The position numbers and the translations under genes were made by a program. Below, in pieces: positions 7,886 through 16,949 of a DNA stretch of 64,000 nucleotides (the stretch's first letter is position 1; each line of letters begins with the position of its first letter). The notes under the pieces were generated by a model. That model saw nothing but the letters and a program-made list of their open reading frames with translations, had not been told where the DNA came from and ran no database searches. Origin of the DNA: an uncultured Acidobacteriota bacterium (lineage in GTDB: Bacteria; Acidobacteriota; Thermoanaerobaculia; Multivoradales; JAHEKO01); assembly GCA_963713825.1 (NCBI GenBank), contig CAVQNG010000005.1, forward strand, positions 192,001 through 256,000, given 5' to 3'.

Positions 7886-8668
7886 GTGACTCCAAAGTTC
7901 AAATATCGGGGCAATCTGGCGCAGGCCACGCTGCCGGAAATGCTACACACCATCGACCGATTCCGGGTGCCCGGCGTCGTCGAGGTGCGGCGCAGCGGGG
8001 TCATCAAGCGAGTCTACATCCGTGATGGCTACATCATCCATGCCAGCTCGACCGATCGCGAGGACAGTCTCGGAGCCTATCTGCTGCGGGCGGAGATCGT
8101 CCCCAAGGACGCTTTGGAGAGTGTAGCTCGTCTGCGGCAGAGCTCGAACAAACGTCTCGGCGTCCTCCTCATCGAACGGGAAATTCTGGCCCCCGGAGAA
8201 GTGTTCGAGTCGATTCGGAAGCAGATCGAGTCGATCGTCTGGAGCCTGTTCTACTGGCAGGATGGAGAGGTCACGTTCGGGGTCGGCGCACTGGAAGAAG
8301 AAGAGATGGTGCAAATCCAACTGCCGATCAAGCGCGTCATCATCCAGGGGATCAAGAGCGCCCCTGATGCCAAACCTCTCGTGACTCGCCTCGGCAGCAA
8401 GGACACCGTTCTGGAGCCCTGTTTCGATGTGGAAGATCTCGTCGAAACCGGTCTCGACGAGGACGACTACAAGTTGCTCCGTAGGGTGAATGGTTCGAGG
8501 ACGCTGTATCAACTCTGTGGCGAAGGGGCCAAGGCGCCAGCCGAGGCTGCGAAGCTGCTGTACGCTTTCCAGGTGTTGAAGTTGGTGCGACGGGTAAGCG
8601 CCCAAAACTCCGGTGGAGGTCCGCTGAAGATCAAGCTGGGCACCTCTGGCGACCGTATGACAAAGTAA
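7886..8668 (+). CDS. DUF4388 domain protein
   Basis: Motifs YRGNL..LPEML, KRVYIRDG.IIHASS, LG..L, LF.WQDGEVTF. GTG start at 7886. Extended -10 TGcTATACT at 7804-7812. Confidence 0.75.
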   Translation: MTPKFKYRGNLAQATLPEMLHTIDRFRVPGVVEVRRSGVIKRVYIRDGYIIHASSTDREDSLGAYLLRAEIVPKDALESVARLRQSSNKRLGVLLIEREILAPGEVFESIRKQIESIVWSLFYWQDGEVTFGVGALEEEEMVQIQLPIKRVIIQGIKSAPDAKPLVTRLGSKDTVLEPCFDVEDLVETGLDEDDYKLLRRVNGSRTLYQLCGEGAKAPAEAAKLLYAFQVLKLVRRVSAQNSGGGPLKIKLGTSGDRMTK

Positions 8669-8719
8669 GTGTCTCGATTCGAGACGTTGACGATCGAGAA
8701 CTTGAGAGAGCCTGTTTCT

Positions 8720-9040
8720 ATGCCTCTGTATGAATACGAGTGTCAGTCCTGCGGCGAACGAGTCGAGGTCCTGCAGCGAGTCGGTGCCCCGGCGATCGGA
8801 GTCTGCGATGCCTGCGGTGGCGAATTGAAGCGACTTCTGTCAGCGCCCGCCTTCCAGTTCAAGGGCACTGGGTGGTATGTAACGGACTATGCCAAGAAAA
8901 ACTCCTCGCCGGCGGGGGAGTCGCAAGGCACCAACGAGGGCTCCAATTCGAAGCCCGAGGCGTCGGGTGACGCCAAACCGCAGACCAAGAGCAAGGCCGC
9001 CAAGGAGAGCTCAGACAAGAAGACTCCCGCCTCCAGTTGA
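8720..9040 (+). CDS. FmdB-family zinc-ribbon protein
   Basis: MPLYEYECQSCG...CDACGG...FQFKGTGWYVTDY, followed by a low-complexity tail. Confidence 0.9.
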   Translation: MPLYEYECQSCGERVEVLQRVGAPAIGVCDACGGELKRLLSAPAFQFKGTGWYVTDYAKKNSSPAGESQGTNEGSNSKPEASGDAKPQTKSKAAKESSDKKTPASS

Positions 9041-9068
9041 GACGAGAGGTAGATAGGGCGGCCCAAGG

Positions 9069-10397
9069 ATGAGGCGAATGACAACGCCAGCCCACTTGCA
9101 GCAGAGAACGGAAGACGGCGCTCCTGGAGCGCGTCAAGGGCCAATAGGGCCCGTTGCCTTGGTCGTTGCTGGCCTCCTGGCCCTGCTTTCGGTGGGAGTA
9201 TCGCAAGCGACGACCTTCACCATGATCGCCGACGAGGAGCTGGCGAATCAGGCGGAGGTCATCATTCAGGCAGTCGTCCTCGCCAGGGAGCCGTCCCCCA
9301 TCCCGTCTCCACCCTCGACGGACTATTTCGTCCAGGTGGAAAGAGTTCTGAAAGGTTACGTTGCAGGCAGTACGGTGGTAGTCCGCCTGGCTGGGGGTGT
9401 GGGACCCGACGGAGTGGGCCTCAGGGTATGGGGTAGTCCCCAGTTTCACCAAGGGGAAAGGGTCCTTTTGTTCCTGGTTCCGCAAGCCGATGGGACCTAC
9501 GGGGTGCTGCATTTGATGCTGGGCGTTTTTCATGAAATTCAGGTCGGTGGGCGGCGGCTGGCGGTACGAGATCTCAGTGAAGCTCTCGAGGCGCTGTCCG
9601 AGTGGGACCTGCTGTCCCAGGGCCCGGTGGCCTCTCTGGATCCCCCGCGGCGATGGGACGCCTTCACAAGATGGCTGGCGGAGCTGGAAACGGTGGACAA
9701 GCGGAGCCCAGCCTACCTCGATCTCGAGCCTGTGGCTGACATTCAGGACAACGGACCTCGATCGGAGCTTCTCCTCGAGCCATGCACAGGTCTTGGATTT
9801 CGCTGGTTCGATTTCAATCGCCGTAGGCCGATCTCCTGGAAGCTGAATCTCGGCCCGTTCAAAGGGCTGCTGAGGCCGCCCACCCTGGCGATTGCTCTGG
9901 AAGTATGGGAAATGGCCACCGCGGGTCGGTTGCAGCTTGCGATGAACGGGACCACGACGTCGAGATCAGGCTTCTCGGAGGAGGATGGCCTCAACACCGT
10001 GCTTTTCGACGATCCCGAGGAATGGCTGGTCGGACATTACGACTGCCAGGCCGGTGGAGTGCTCGCGGTGTCTGCCGTGTGGTTCGATAGCGGTCGAGAT
10101 CAGCAGTGTCGACTGAGCAAGGTGGGCAAGAAGGCCAATGCGGGGACCAGGACGTACCTGAAGATCTCGAGTGCGGACATCGTGACCAACGATGGGGCTG
10201 GGTGTTTCCTCGTTGGTGATGGATCCAGGCTCTTGGAGGTTCTGGCCCACGAGTTCGGTCACACGCTTGGTCTGACGCATGCCGACGAAGTGGAGGCTCT
10301 CATGTTCGGAGTGGCGCACGACGATGGTCGCGGAGCCGCTCTCGACGCCTGGGATCAGCGAGCCATCAACCAGATCTACGGCCCCCCAGTCCCCTAG
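9069..10397 (+). CDS. Matrixin (M10-like) metzincin metalloprotease, secreted
   Basis: HEFGHTLGLTH zinc motif, Met-turn ALMF, signal-like segment and N-terminal pro-region. Confidence 0.8.
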   Translation: MRRMTTPAHLQQRTEDGAPGARQGPIGPVALVVAGLLALLSVGVSQATTFTMIADEELANQAEVIIQAVVLAREPSPIPSPPSTDYFVQVERVLKGYVAGSTVVVRLAGGVGPDGVGLRVWGSPQFHQGERVLLFLVPQADGTYGVLHLMLGVFHEIQVGGRRLAVRDLSEALEALSEWDLLSQGPVASLDPPRRWDAFTRWLAELETVDKRSPAYLDLEPVADIQDNGPRSELLLEPCTGLGFRWFDFNRRRPISWKLNLGPFKGLLRPPTLAIALEVWEMATAGRLQLAMNGTTTSRSGFSEEDGLNTVLFDDPEEWLVGHYDCQAGGVLAVSAVWFDSGRDQQCRLSKVGKKANAGTRTYLKISSADIVTNDGAGCFLVGDGSRLLEVLAHEFGHTLGLTHADEVEALMFGVAHDDGRGAALDAWDQRAINQIYGPPVP

Positions 10398-10433
10398 GCC
10401 CCACGCCTTCAAGCCTCTGCTGCTCTTGGAGTT

Positions 10434-11837
10434 CTAGTCGCCGGGCTCGGTGGCGGGAAAACCGGCGCTCGACGTCAGCCCCATTTTCCTCGCGTAGTAG
10501 CGGAACGACCGGAAGCTCATACCAAGCACGTCGGCCGCCTGGGTTTGTACCCCGGCGGCGCGATCGAGCGCCTCGGCCATCAGCTGCTTGCGAATCTCGT
10601 CGAGGTACTGCTCCAGGTTCATCCCCTCGGCCGGTAGGCTGGGAGCATCTCCGATGGGTGGGGCCGGTTCCAGAATCTGGGCTGGCAGATCGTCGGCGCC
10701 GAGAGTGTCCTCTGCGGCGAGGGCCAGCGCGCGCTCGATGACGTTCTCCAATTCGCGCACGTTGCCGGGCCAGTGGTAGCCCTCCAGGATGCGCATCGCT
10801 TCGACGGAGATCTTGCGGGGCTCGATGCCCAGCCCGGTACTGCATTTCTTGATGAAGAAATCGACCAGGAGAGGGATGTCTTCGCGTCGCCGCCGCAGTG
10901 GAGGCAGTCGAATCTGGATGACGTTGATCCGATAGTAGAGGTCCTCGCGGAAGACGCCTTGCTCGGTCAGTTGTCGGAGGTCCTGGTTGGTAGCGGCAAT
11001 GATCCGGACATCGACCGGTTCCTCCGTGCTACCGCCAACCATGCGAATTTTCTTCTCTTGCAGGGCCCGCAGCAGCTTCACCTGCATGGCGGGAGTCATC
11101 TCGCTGATCTCATCGAGAAGGAGCGTGCCGCGGTTGGCTTCCCGAAACAGCCCCTTCTTCTCACGCACGGCGCCGGTGAAGGAGCCGCGCTCATGTCCGA
11201 AGAGCTCGCTCTCGAGCAGGTTCTCTGGCAGAGCACCGCAATTGACCGAGAGGAACCGATGTGAGGACCTCGGGCTCTCGTAGTGGATGGCGCGCGCGAT
11301 CAACTCCTTGCCTGTTCCGCTCTCGCCTTCGAGCAGCACCGTCGAGTTGGTGCGCGAGACCCTCTCGATGAGCTCGAAGATCTCCTGCATTGGTCGACTG
11401 CGACCGATGATGTTGGAGAAGCGGTATTTCTGCTCCAGCTCTCGCCGCAGGTAGAAGTTCTCGTCCACCAGTTCGGCCTTTTCCAGTGCTTTCTGGATGA
11501 CCACCTTGAGCTCTTCGACGTCGAAAGGCTTCGAGACGTAATCATAGGCGCCTCGCCGCATGGCCTCGATAGCGGTCTTGGTCGAGGTGTAGGCGGTCAT
11601 CATGATCACGGAAACGCGGGAATCCTGTTGCTTGATCTCGCGCAGGAGATCGAGCCCATTGCCGTCGGGCATGATGATGTCGCACAGGACCAGATCGAAT
11701 GCGCTGTCGCGAATCTGCGTACGCCCCTCCTCGACGGAGCTAGCCGTGGTGACCTGATAACCGATCTCCTCTAGGAGCAATCGCAAGAAGTCCAGCATGC
11801 TCTGCTCGTCGTCTACAACCAGAATCCGAGCTGTCAA
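10434..11837 (-). CDS. pilR: Sigma54-dependent response regulator, PilR-like
   Basis: REC domain, GESGTGKE, GSFTGA, WPGNVRELEN and a Fis HTH (..LGMSFRSFRY). Follows pilS. Confidence 0.85.
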   Translation of the reverse strand: MTARILVVDDEQSMLDFLRLLLEEIGYQVTTASSVEEGRTQIRDSAFDLVLCDIIMPDGNGLDLLREIKQQDSRVSVIMMTAYTSTKTAIEAMRRGAYDYVSKPFDVEELKVVIQKALEKAELVDENFYLRRELEQKYRFSNIIGRSRPMQEIFELIERVSRTNSTVLLEGESGTGKELIARAIHYESPRSSHRFLSVNCGALPENLLESELFGHERGSFTGAVREKKGLFREANRGTLLLDEISEMTPAMQVKLLRALQEKKIRMVGGSTEEPVDVRIIAATNQDLRQLTEQGVFREDLYYRINVIQIRLPPLRRRREDIPLLVDFFIKKCSTGLGIEPRKISVEAMRILEGYHWPGNVRELENVIERALALAAEDTLGADDLPAQILEPAPPIGDAPSLPAEGMNLEQYLDEIRKQLMAEALDRAAGVQTQAADVLGMSFRSFRYYARKMGLTSSAGFPATEPGD

Positions 11838-11840
11838 GTG

Positions 11841-13610
11841 TCAAGCCTCCTCTGCCAATCGTGTCGGTTCTCCGGGTGTGAGTGGTAGAGCCACCGTAAT
11901 CACGGTGCCTTGCCCGGGCTGGCTGTCGACCGCCAACCGACCTCCATGTTCTTCGACAATCCTGTACACGATAGCCATGCCTATCCCTGAGCCGCCATCG
12001 AAGAAAGAGCGAAACGGGTGGAACATCGTACCGCGCTCTTCGAGGCTCATGCCCCGGCCATCATCAGTGAACCGGATGCAGTACTCCTGGCCTTCAACGC
12101 GGCCGTCGACCTTGAGGCTGCCGCCCCCCGGCATGGCTCGCAGGGAATTGCGGGCCAGGTTCCAGAAGATCTGACTGATCTGGTCCGGATCTGCGATCAG
12201 CGTGACGGACGGAGGTTCGACGACCAGATCCAAATGATGCTGCGGTGAAACCTCTGGACTGTTGATCAGTAGCTGGACATTCTCGTTCAACAAACGGGCG
12301 ATGTCGAAGCGCACGCTCGAGCGCTCTTTGGGACGGGCGAACTGTAGGAAGCTCTTGATCGTCCGGTCCAGCCTCTGACTCTCCTTGAGGATGATGTCGA
12401 GCAGCCGGCGGTGAGCCGAGTCGTCCTCGAGGGCCGTCGTCAGCATCTGCACCGAGCCGGAGATGGCGGCCAGGGGATTGCCGACCTCGTGGGCGATACC
12501 GGAGGCCAGCTCGCCAACGGCGGCAAGTCGCTCTCGGAGTTGCAGCTCGTCCTGCAGCTGGCGCCATTCCGACAGGTCCTGGAAGATGAGAATGAACCCG
12601 GTCCTGGTGCCTTCGGCGTCTGCCAACAGGGTGACGGAGTAGCCGACGTGACGCTCCGAGTCCCCTCGCTGGTAGGTGACCTCGGGCCGAACCCGGCGAT
12701 CCGGGCTGGTGAACTCCTTGATTTCGCTCCATTCCTCTTCGGTGAACAAATGGGTTGCCGCCACCGGCTTGCCGAGCAGAGCTTCGCGGCTCCGGCCGAG
12801 GATGTCCTCCGCCGCCAGATTGACGCTGGTGACAGTGCCCTCGAGATCGCAGGTGATCAGGCCGCTGGGAACGGACTCGACGATGTCACGGTGGATGACC
12901 TGCAGGTCGGCCAGGTCGAGTTGCTTCTCCTGCAGCTCCTGCTCGGCTCGCGAGATGTTCTGAGCCAGACGCGTTGTTAGGTAGGCGACCGTGTAGAAGC
13001 CGAAGATGTGAGTGATGAGGTTGTAGAACAGCCTCCATGCGGGCAGGGAAGTAGCCTGGGCCAGCTCCTGCGGCGCGAGGGTCGAGACAGAGCCAACGAC
13101 AGCTGGGAGGGCTCGGTGCAGGGTCTCTGCCGATGGCGGTATCCAGCCAAAGTACAGCGCGACGACGGTGGCCGCGTAGAGAAAGCTGGCCAACGAAGCA
13201 ACAGCAAAGCCGGTTGCCCGTTGGAATAGAGCCGAAGCGACAATGATGATGATGAAGTAGAGAATTGAAAAGGGACTTGCGACTCCGCCGAAGTAGTACA
13301 CCATGCCGGTGATCAGAAGCAGGTCACCGACGAACTGGATGAGGGCTTGCGCTCTCCAATGTCCGTGCAGCAGCTTCAGCAGGGCAATGTAGATGAGGCT
13401 GGCGCCATAGGTGAGACCCGCTAGCAGGTAGAGGAAGGAGAACTCTCGGCTCTCTTCGGCGGAGGCGAGCTGCAGGAGAAAATAGGGCAGCACCACGCTG
13501 GTGATGACCACCAGTCGAATTCCGATCATCCAGCGCAGCTGGCGCTCCAGCGCCACGAGGCTCTGAGGAGACTTGGAGTCGGGCTGCGCCGAACTGCCCA
13601 CGTTCGTCAT
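11841..13610 (-). CDS. pilS: Membrane PAS sensor histidine kinase, PilS-like
   Basis: N-terminal TM helices, PAS domain, H-box AHEVGNPL, N/G boxes. Located between pilC and pilR. Confidence 0.85.
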   Translation of the reverse strand: MTNVGSSAQPDSKSPQSLVALERQLRWMIGIRLVVITSVVLPYFLLQLASAEESREFSFLYLLAGLTYGASLIYIALLKLLHGHWRAQALIQFVGDLLLITGMVYYFGGVASPFSILYFIIIIVASALFQRATGFAVASLASFLYAATVVALYFGWIPPSAETLHRALPAVVGSVSTLAPQELAQATSLPAWRLFYNLITHIFGFYTVAYLTTRLAQNISRAEQELQEKQLDLADLQVIHRDIVESVPSGLITCDLEGTVTSVNLAAEDILGRSREALLGKPVAATHLFTEEEWSEIKEFTSPDRRVRPEVTYQRGDSERHVGYSVTLLADAEGTRTGFILIFQDLSEWRQLQDELQLRERLAAVGELASGIAHEVGNPLAAISGSVQMLTTALEDDSAHRRLLDIILKESQRLDRTIKSFLQFARPKERSSVRFDIARLLNENVQLLINSPEVSPQHHLDLVVEPPSVTLIADPDQISQIFWNLARNSLRAMPGGGSLKVDGRVEGQEYCIRFTDDGRGMSLEERGTMFHPFRSFFDGGSGIGMAIVYRIVEEHGGRLAVDSQPGQGTVITVALPLTPGEPTRLAEEA

Positions 13611-13681
13611 GAGAGAAGTGTCACTGCAGTAGGTGATTCCGAGATTCGTCCGAGGTCGATTCTAGCTTGAAACCACCAAAC

Positions 13682-13720
13682 AAAAACCCGGGTTCCGGCT
13701 GAAGATACCGAAACCCGGGT
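13682..13720 (-). terminator. Probable intrinsic terminator after pilC
   Basis: ACCCGGGTT..CGG / CCG..AACCCGGGT inverted repeat followed by a T-run on the minus strand. Confidence 0.6.
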
Positions 13721-13762
13721 GGAGAATCTCTTGCGTTTGCCGATTGTCGGGCGCCCTGTTGC

Positions 13763-14965
13763 TCAGATCTGTCCCAGAATCGTGTACAGGGGCAGGTACA
13801 TGGCGGTAACGATGACGCCGATAATCCCACCCAGGACCACGATCATCAGGGGCTCGATCAGCTTGACCAGGCCGGCGACCGCTGTGTCCACTTCCTCTTC
13901 GTAGAAGTCAGCGATCTTGGAGAGCATCTGATCGAGAGCACCGGTCTGCTCACCCACGTTGATCATCTGCACGACCATTGTCGGGAAGACTCCGGTCTCG
14001 CCCAAGGGAGCGCTGATCGTCTTACCCTCTTCGACAGCCTTGCGGACTGCCATGATGGCGTCTTGAATGATGGTGTTGCCGGAGGTCTTGGCGGTGATCT
14101 CCAACCCGTCGAGGATGGGCACACCTGATGACGTCAGCGTTGCCAGGGTACGGCAGAACCGCGCTACCGCGATCTTCCGCAGCAGCATACCGATCACGGG
14201 TATCTTGAGCAGCAGGCCATCGAGCACGCGCGCTCCACGCTCGGTCTTGTGCCAAGCCCGAAGCGCCCAGATGACGATACCTATCCCTATGATGATCAGC
14301 CAGGAGTAGCGTCCTACCCACTTGCTCGCGGCCACAACCACCTGCGTCAGCATGGGTAGCTCTCCGCCCAGGCCGGCGAACAGCTGGGCAAATACTGGAA
14401 TCACTTTCCAGAGGATGATCCACACCACGACGAGGGCGATCGAAATCACGGTCGAGGGGTAGATCAGGGCCGATTTGACCTGCCCTTTCAGCTTTACGGC
14501 CTTTTCCATGTAGGTCGAAAGTCGCTGCAGAATGACATCGAGAATACCGCCGGCTTCACCAGCCGCCACCATGTTCACGTACAGGTCGTCGAAAGCCGCC
14601 GGGTGCTTCTTCATGGCGTCGGCCAGCGAGGCGCCGGATTCCACGTCGGTGCGGACCTGCCCGATGATCTCCTGGAAGCGCTTGTGCTCCTGTTGCTCGC
14701 CCAGGATCTCCAGGCACTGCACCAGAGGCAGACCGGCGTCGAGCATGACCGAGAACTGTCGGGTGAAGATCGCGACGCGCTTCTCCCCGATGTGAATCGG
14801 GAACTTGGGTAGGAGTGGAAACTCCTTGCCCTTCTCGCGGATCGAAGTTACCTGGATCTGCTGACGTCGGAGCGTCGCTACCGCAGCGTCGCGGGTGTCG
14901 GCCAGCAAGACACCTTCCTGGAATTGACCCGCTCGACCTTTGCCTTTCCAAACGAAACTCGGCAT
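13763..14965 (-). CDS. pilC: Type IV pilus platform protein PilC (GspF family)
   Basis: Motifs FTRQFSVMLDAGLPL, AGEAGGILD, VGEQTGALDQML, MYLPL. Confidence 0.95.
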   Translation of the reverse strand: MPSFVWKGKGRAGQFQEGVLLADTRDAAVATLRRQQIQVTSIREKGKEFPLLPKFPIHIGEKRVAIFTRQFSVMLDAGLPLVQCLEILGEQQEHKRFQEIIGQVRTDVESGASLADAMKKHPAAFDDLYVNMVAAGEAGGILDVILQRLSTYMEKAVKLKGQVKSALIYPSTVISIALVVVWIILWKVIPVFAQLFAGLGGELPMLTQVVVAASKWVGRYSWLIIIGIGIVIWALRAWHKTERGARVLDGLLLKIPVIGMLLRKIAVARFCRTLATLTSSGVPILDGLEITAKTSGNTIIQDAIMAVRKAVEEGKTISAPLGETGVFPTMVVQMINVGEQTGALDQMLSKIADFYEEEVDTAVAGLVKLIEPLMIVVLGGIIGVIVTAMYLPLYTILGQI

Positions 14966-14969
14966 CGAC

Positions 14970-16088
14970 TCAGCTCCTTACGGGGGCTCTGGGATTGATC
15001 AGAGCCGGATTTAGGGCCCCGGCGCCGCGGGCGATGATTTCCTGTAACTCGTCCGGGTAGGAGGACCGGGCCATGGCTGTCTGTAGGCTGATCTGGCGCC
15101 GGAAGTAGAGCGCCGCCAGCGCTTGATTGAACGTCTGCATCCCGAACTTCGCCTGACCTGCCTGCATCATGCCGTAGACCTGATGAATCTTGTCTTCGCG
15201 AATCAGGTTACGAATGGCGGTCGTCGGAATCATGATCTCCATCGCCAGCACTCGACCCTTGCCACTGGCCTTGTGGAGCAGGGATTGACAGAGAATGCCC
15301 TGCAGCACGAAGGAGAGCTGGACCCGTACCTGCGCCTGCTGATGAGGCGGGAAGACGTCGATGATTCGGTTGATCGTTTCGGCCGCCGAGTTGGTGTGCA
15401 GGGTGGCGAAGGTCAGATGGCCGGTCTCCGCGACCCGCAGGGCAGCTTCGACCGTCTCGTAGTCACGCATCTCGCCGATCAGCACGACATCGGGATCCTG
15501 GCGCAACACCGATTTCAGGGCGTTTGCGAAGCTGTGGGTGTCGGCCAACAACTCCCGCTGATTGACGATGCAGTTCTTGTGGCTGTGGAGGTACTCGACC
15601 GGGTCCTCGATGGTAACGATGTGCTCGTGACGCTCGGAATTGACGCGGTCGAGCATGGCGGCCAATGTGGTCGATTTACCCGAGCCTGTGGGGCCTGTAC
15701 AGAGCACCAACCCTCGTGGCTTCTTGCAAAGTGCCTCCACGATTGGCGGTAGGCCCAGCTCTCTGAAGCCGCGAATCTCGTAGGGAATCTGCCGGAAAGC
15801 CGCGGCGATGGCGCCCCGCTGATGAAAGACGTTGGCGCGAAACCTAGCCAGACCCTTGATGCCGAAAGAGAAATCGAGCTCGAGGTTCTCTTCGAGTCGC
15901 TGCTTCTGTTTGTCGGTCAGGATCGAGTAGGCGATCTGTTTTGTGTCGGAAGGATTGAGCGGGGGAGAGTTCAACGGCCGGAGCTGCCCGTCGACGCGAA
16001 CCTGGGGCGGTGAGTTGGTCGTCAGATGGAGGTCTGAAGCCCCCTGATCCACCATGGTCTTCAGCATGGAATTCAGAGTCGGTGGCAT
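14970..16088 (-). CDS. pilT: Type IV pilus retraction ATPase
   Basis: Motifs GASDLHL, GPTGSGKSTT, TIEDPVE, LRQDPD, ETGHL, AIRNLIRE. Confidence 0.97.
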   Translation of the reverse strand: MPPTLNSMLKTMVDQGASDLHLTTNSPPQVRVDGQLRPLNSPPLNPSDTKQIAYSILTDKQKQRLEENLELDFSFGIKGLARFRANVFHQRGAIAAAFRQIPYEIRGFRELGLPPIVEALCKKPRGLVLCTGPTGSGKSTTLAAMLDRVNSERHEHIVTIEDPVEYLHSHKNCIVNQRELLADTHSFANALKSVLRQDPDVVLIGEMRDYETVEAALRVAETGHLTFATLHTNSAAETINRIIDVFPPHQQAQVRVQLSFVLQGILCQSLLHKASGKGRVLAMEIMIPTTAIRNLIREDKIHQVYGMMQAGQAKFGMQTFNQALAALYFRRQISLQTAMARSSYPDELQEIIARGAGALNPALINPRAPVRS

Positions 16089-16262
16089 CGCAGCTCCCCT
16101 AAGTTATGTCGGCAGAAGACGTTGCGTCAGTTTATATCATCACGCTTCGACCTCAACTGTGGTAAACGTCACAGATGGGATCGTCACGAGCACAAGGGCT
16201 GTTGCACCGACGATTGTAGTCACAGGTTTACCTCGGGTCTATGGCTTTTGGCACTGCCAGAG

Positions 16263-16844
16263 CTACTCACCAGCCTCGTCAGAGATTTCGGCTGAATCGG
16301 GTGACTCCAGTCCTTCGATTTCACCGAGTAGCTCAGCGAGTTGCTGCATCCGTTCCTTGCCCTCGCCTTCCGGATAGACAAAGGAGACGGTGAGCAGCCG
16401 ACTCTGGATGGGATGGAGGGCAAAGACCCGGATTTCCCCGACTCTTCCGTCCTCTCGGTCGTAGGCTCCTCGTGCCGTGAAAGCGGAGCCGAATGGAGCC
16501 ACCAGCTCGAGGTTGCCGAAGTACTGACCGTTGCCCATCGACTCGAAATACTGCTGAGAGGCCTTGGCTTCGGCTGGCAAATTGATGGCAGTGGATCCTG
16601 CCGGTCCGACACCGATTGCGACACTGCCGGCACCATTCAATCCCGGCGCCGTCAGACGGAGATCGGAGCCCTGATTCACGACGACCTCGAAGGCTGACGG
16701 TAGGGCAGCGATGGCGATACCGAGATCGGGATTCTCGACTCGCTCGGGCGCGGCTGGCGCTGGCTCGGGTTTCTGGCATGCCGCACTCAGCAAGGCCATC
16801 GAGCCTGCGAAGAGTACCGCTGTGTGGCTGGGAAGTCGGATCAT
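16263..16844 (-). CDS. Hypothetical lipoprotein
   Basis: Lipobox LSAAC. Co-oriented between the CBS gene and pilT. Confidence 0.65.
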   Translation of the reverse strand: MIRLPSHTAVLFAGSMALLSAACQKPEPAPAAPERVENPDLGIAIAALPSAFEVVVNQGSDLRLTAPGLNGAGSVAIGVGPAGSTAINLPAEAKASQQYFESMGNGQYFGNLELVAPFGSAFTARGAYDREDGRVGEIRVFALHPIQSRLLTVSFVYPEGEGKERMQQLAELLGEIEGLESPDSAEISDEAGE

Positions 16845-16949
16845 GGTAGAGACCTTTCCATCGCGAGGGTTGTTAGTGCGAAGACTGATTCTTCAGGATC
16901 TCCAGCCAATCGGCAACCGCTTTGAATGAGAAACTCGAACGAGCGGCGG

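Noticed and set aside
9038-9068. Sec read-through of the TGA of the second FmdB paralogue
   Set aside because: No SECIS-like hairpin follows, and the tail has no partner Cys or Gly-rich motif.
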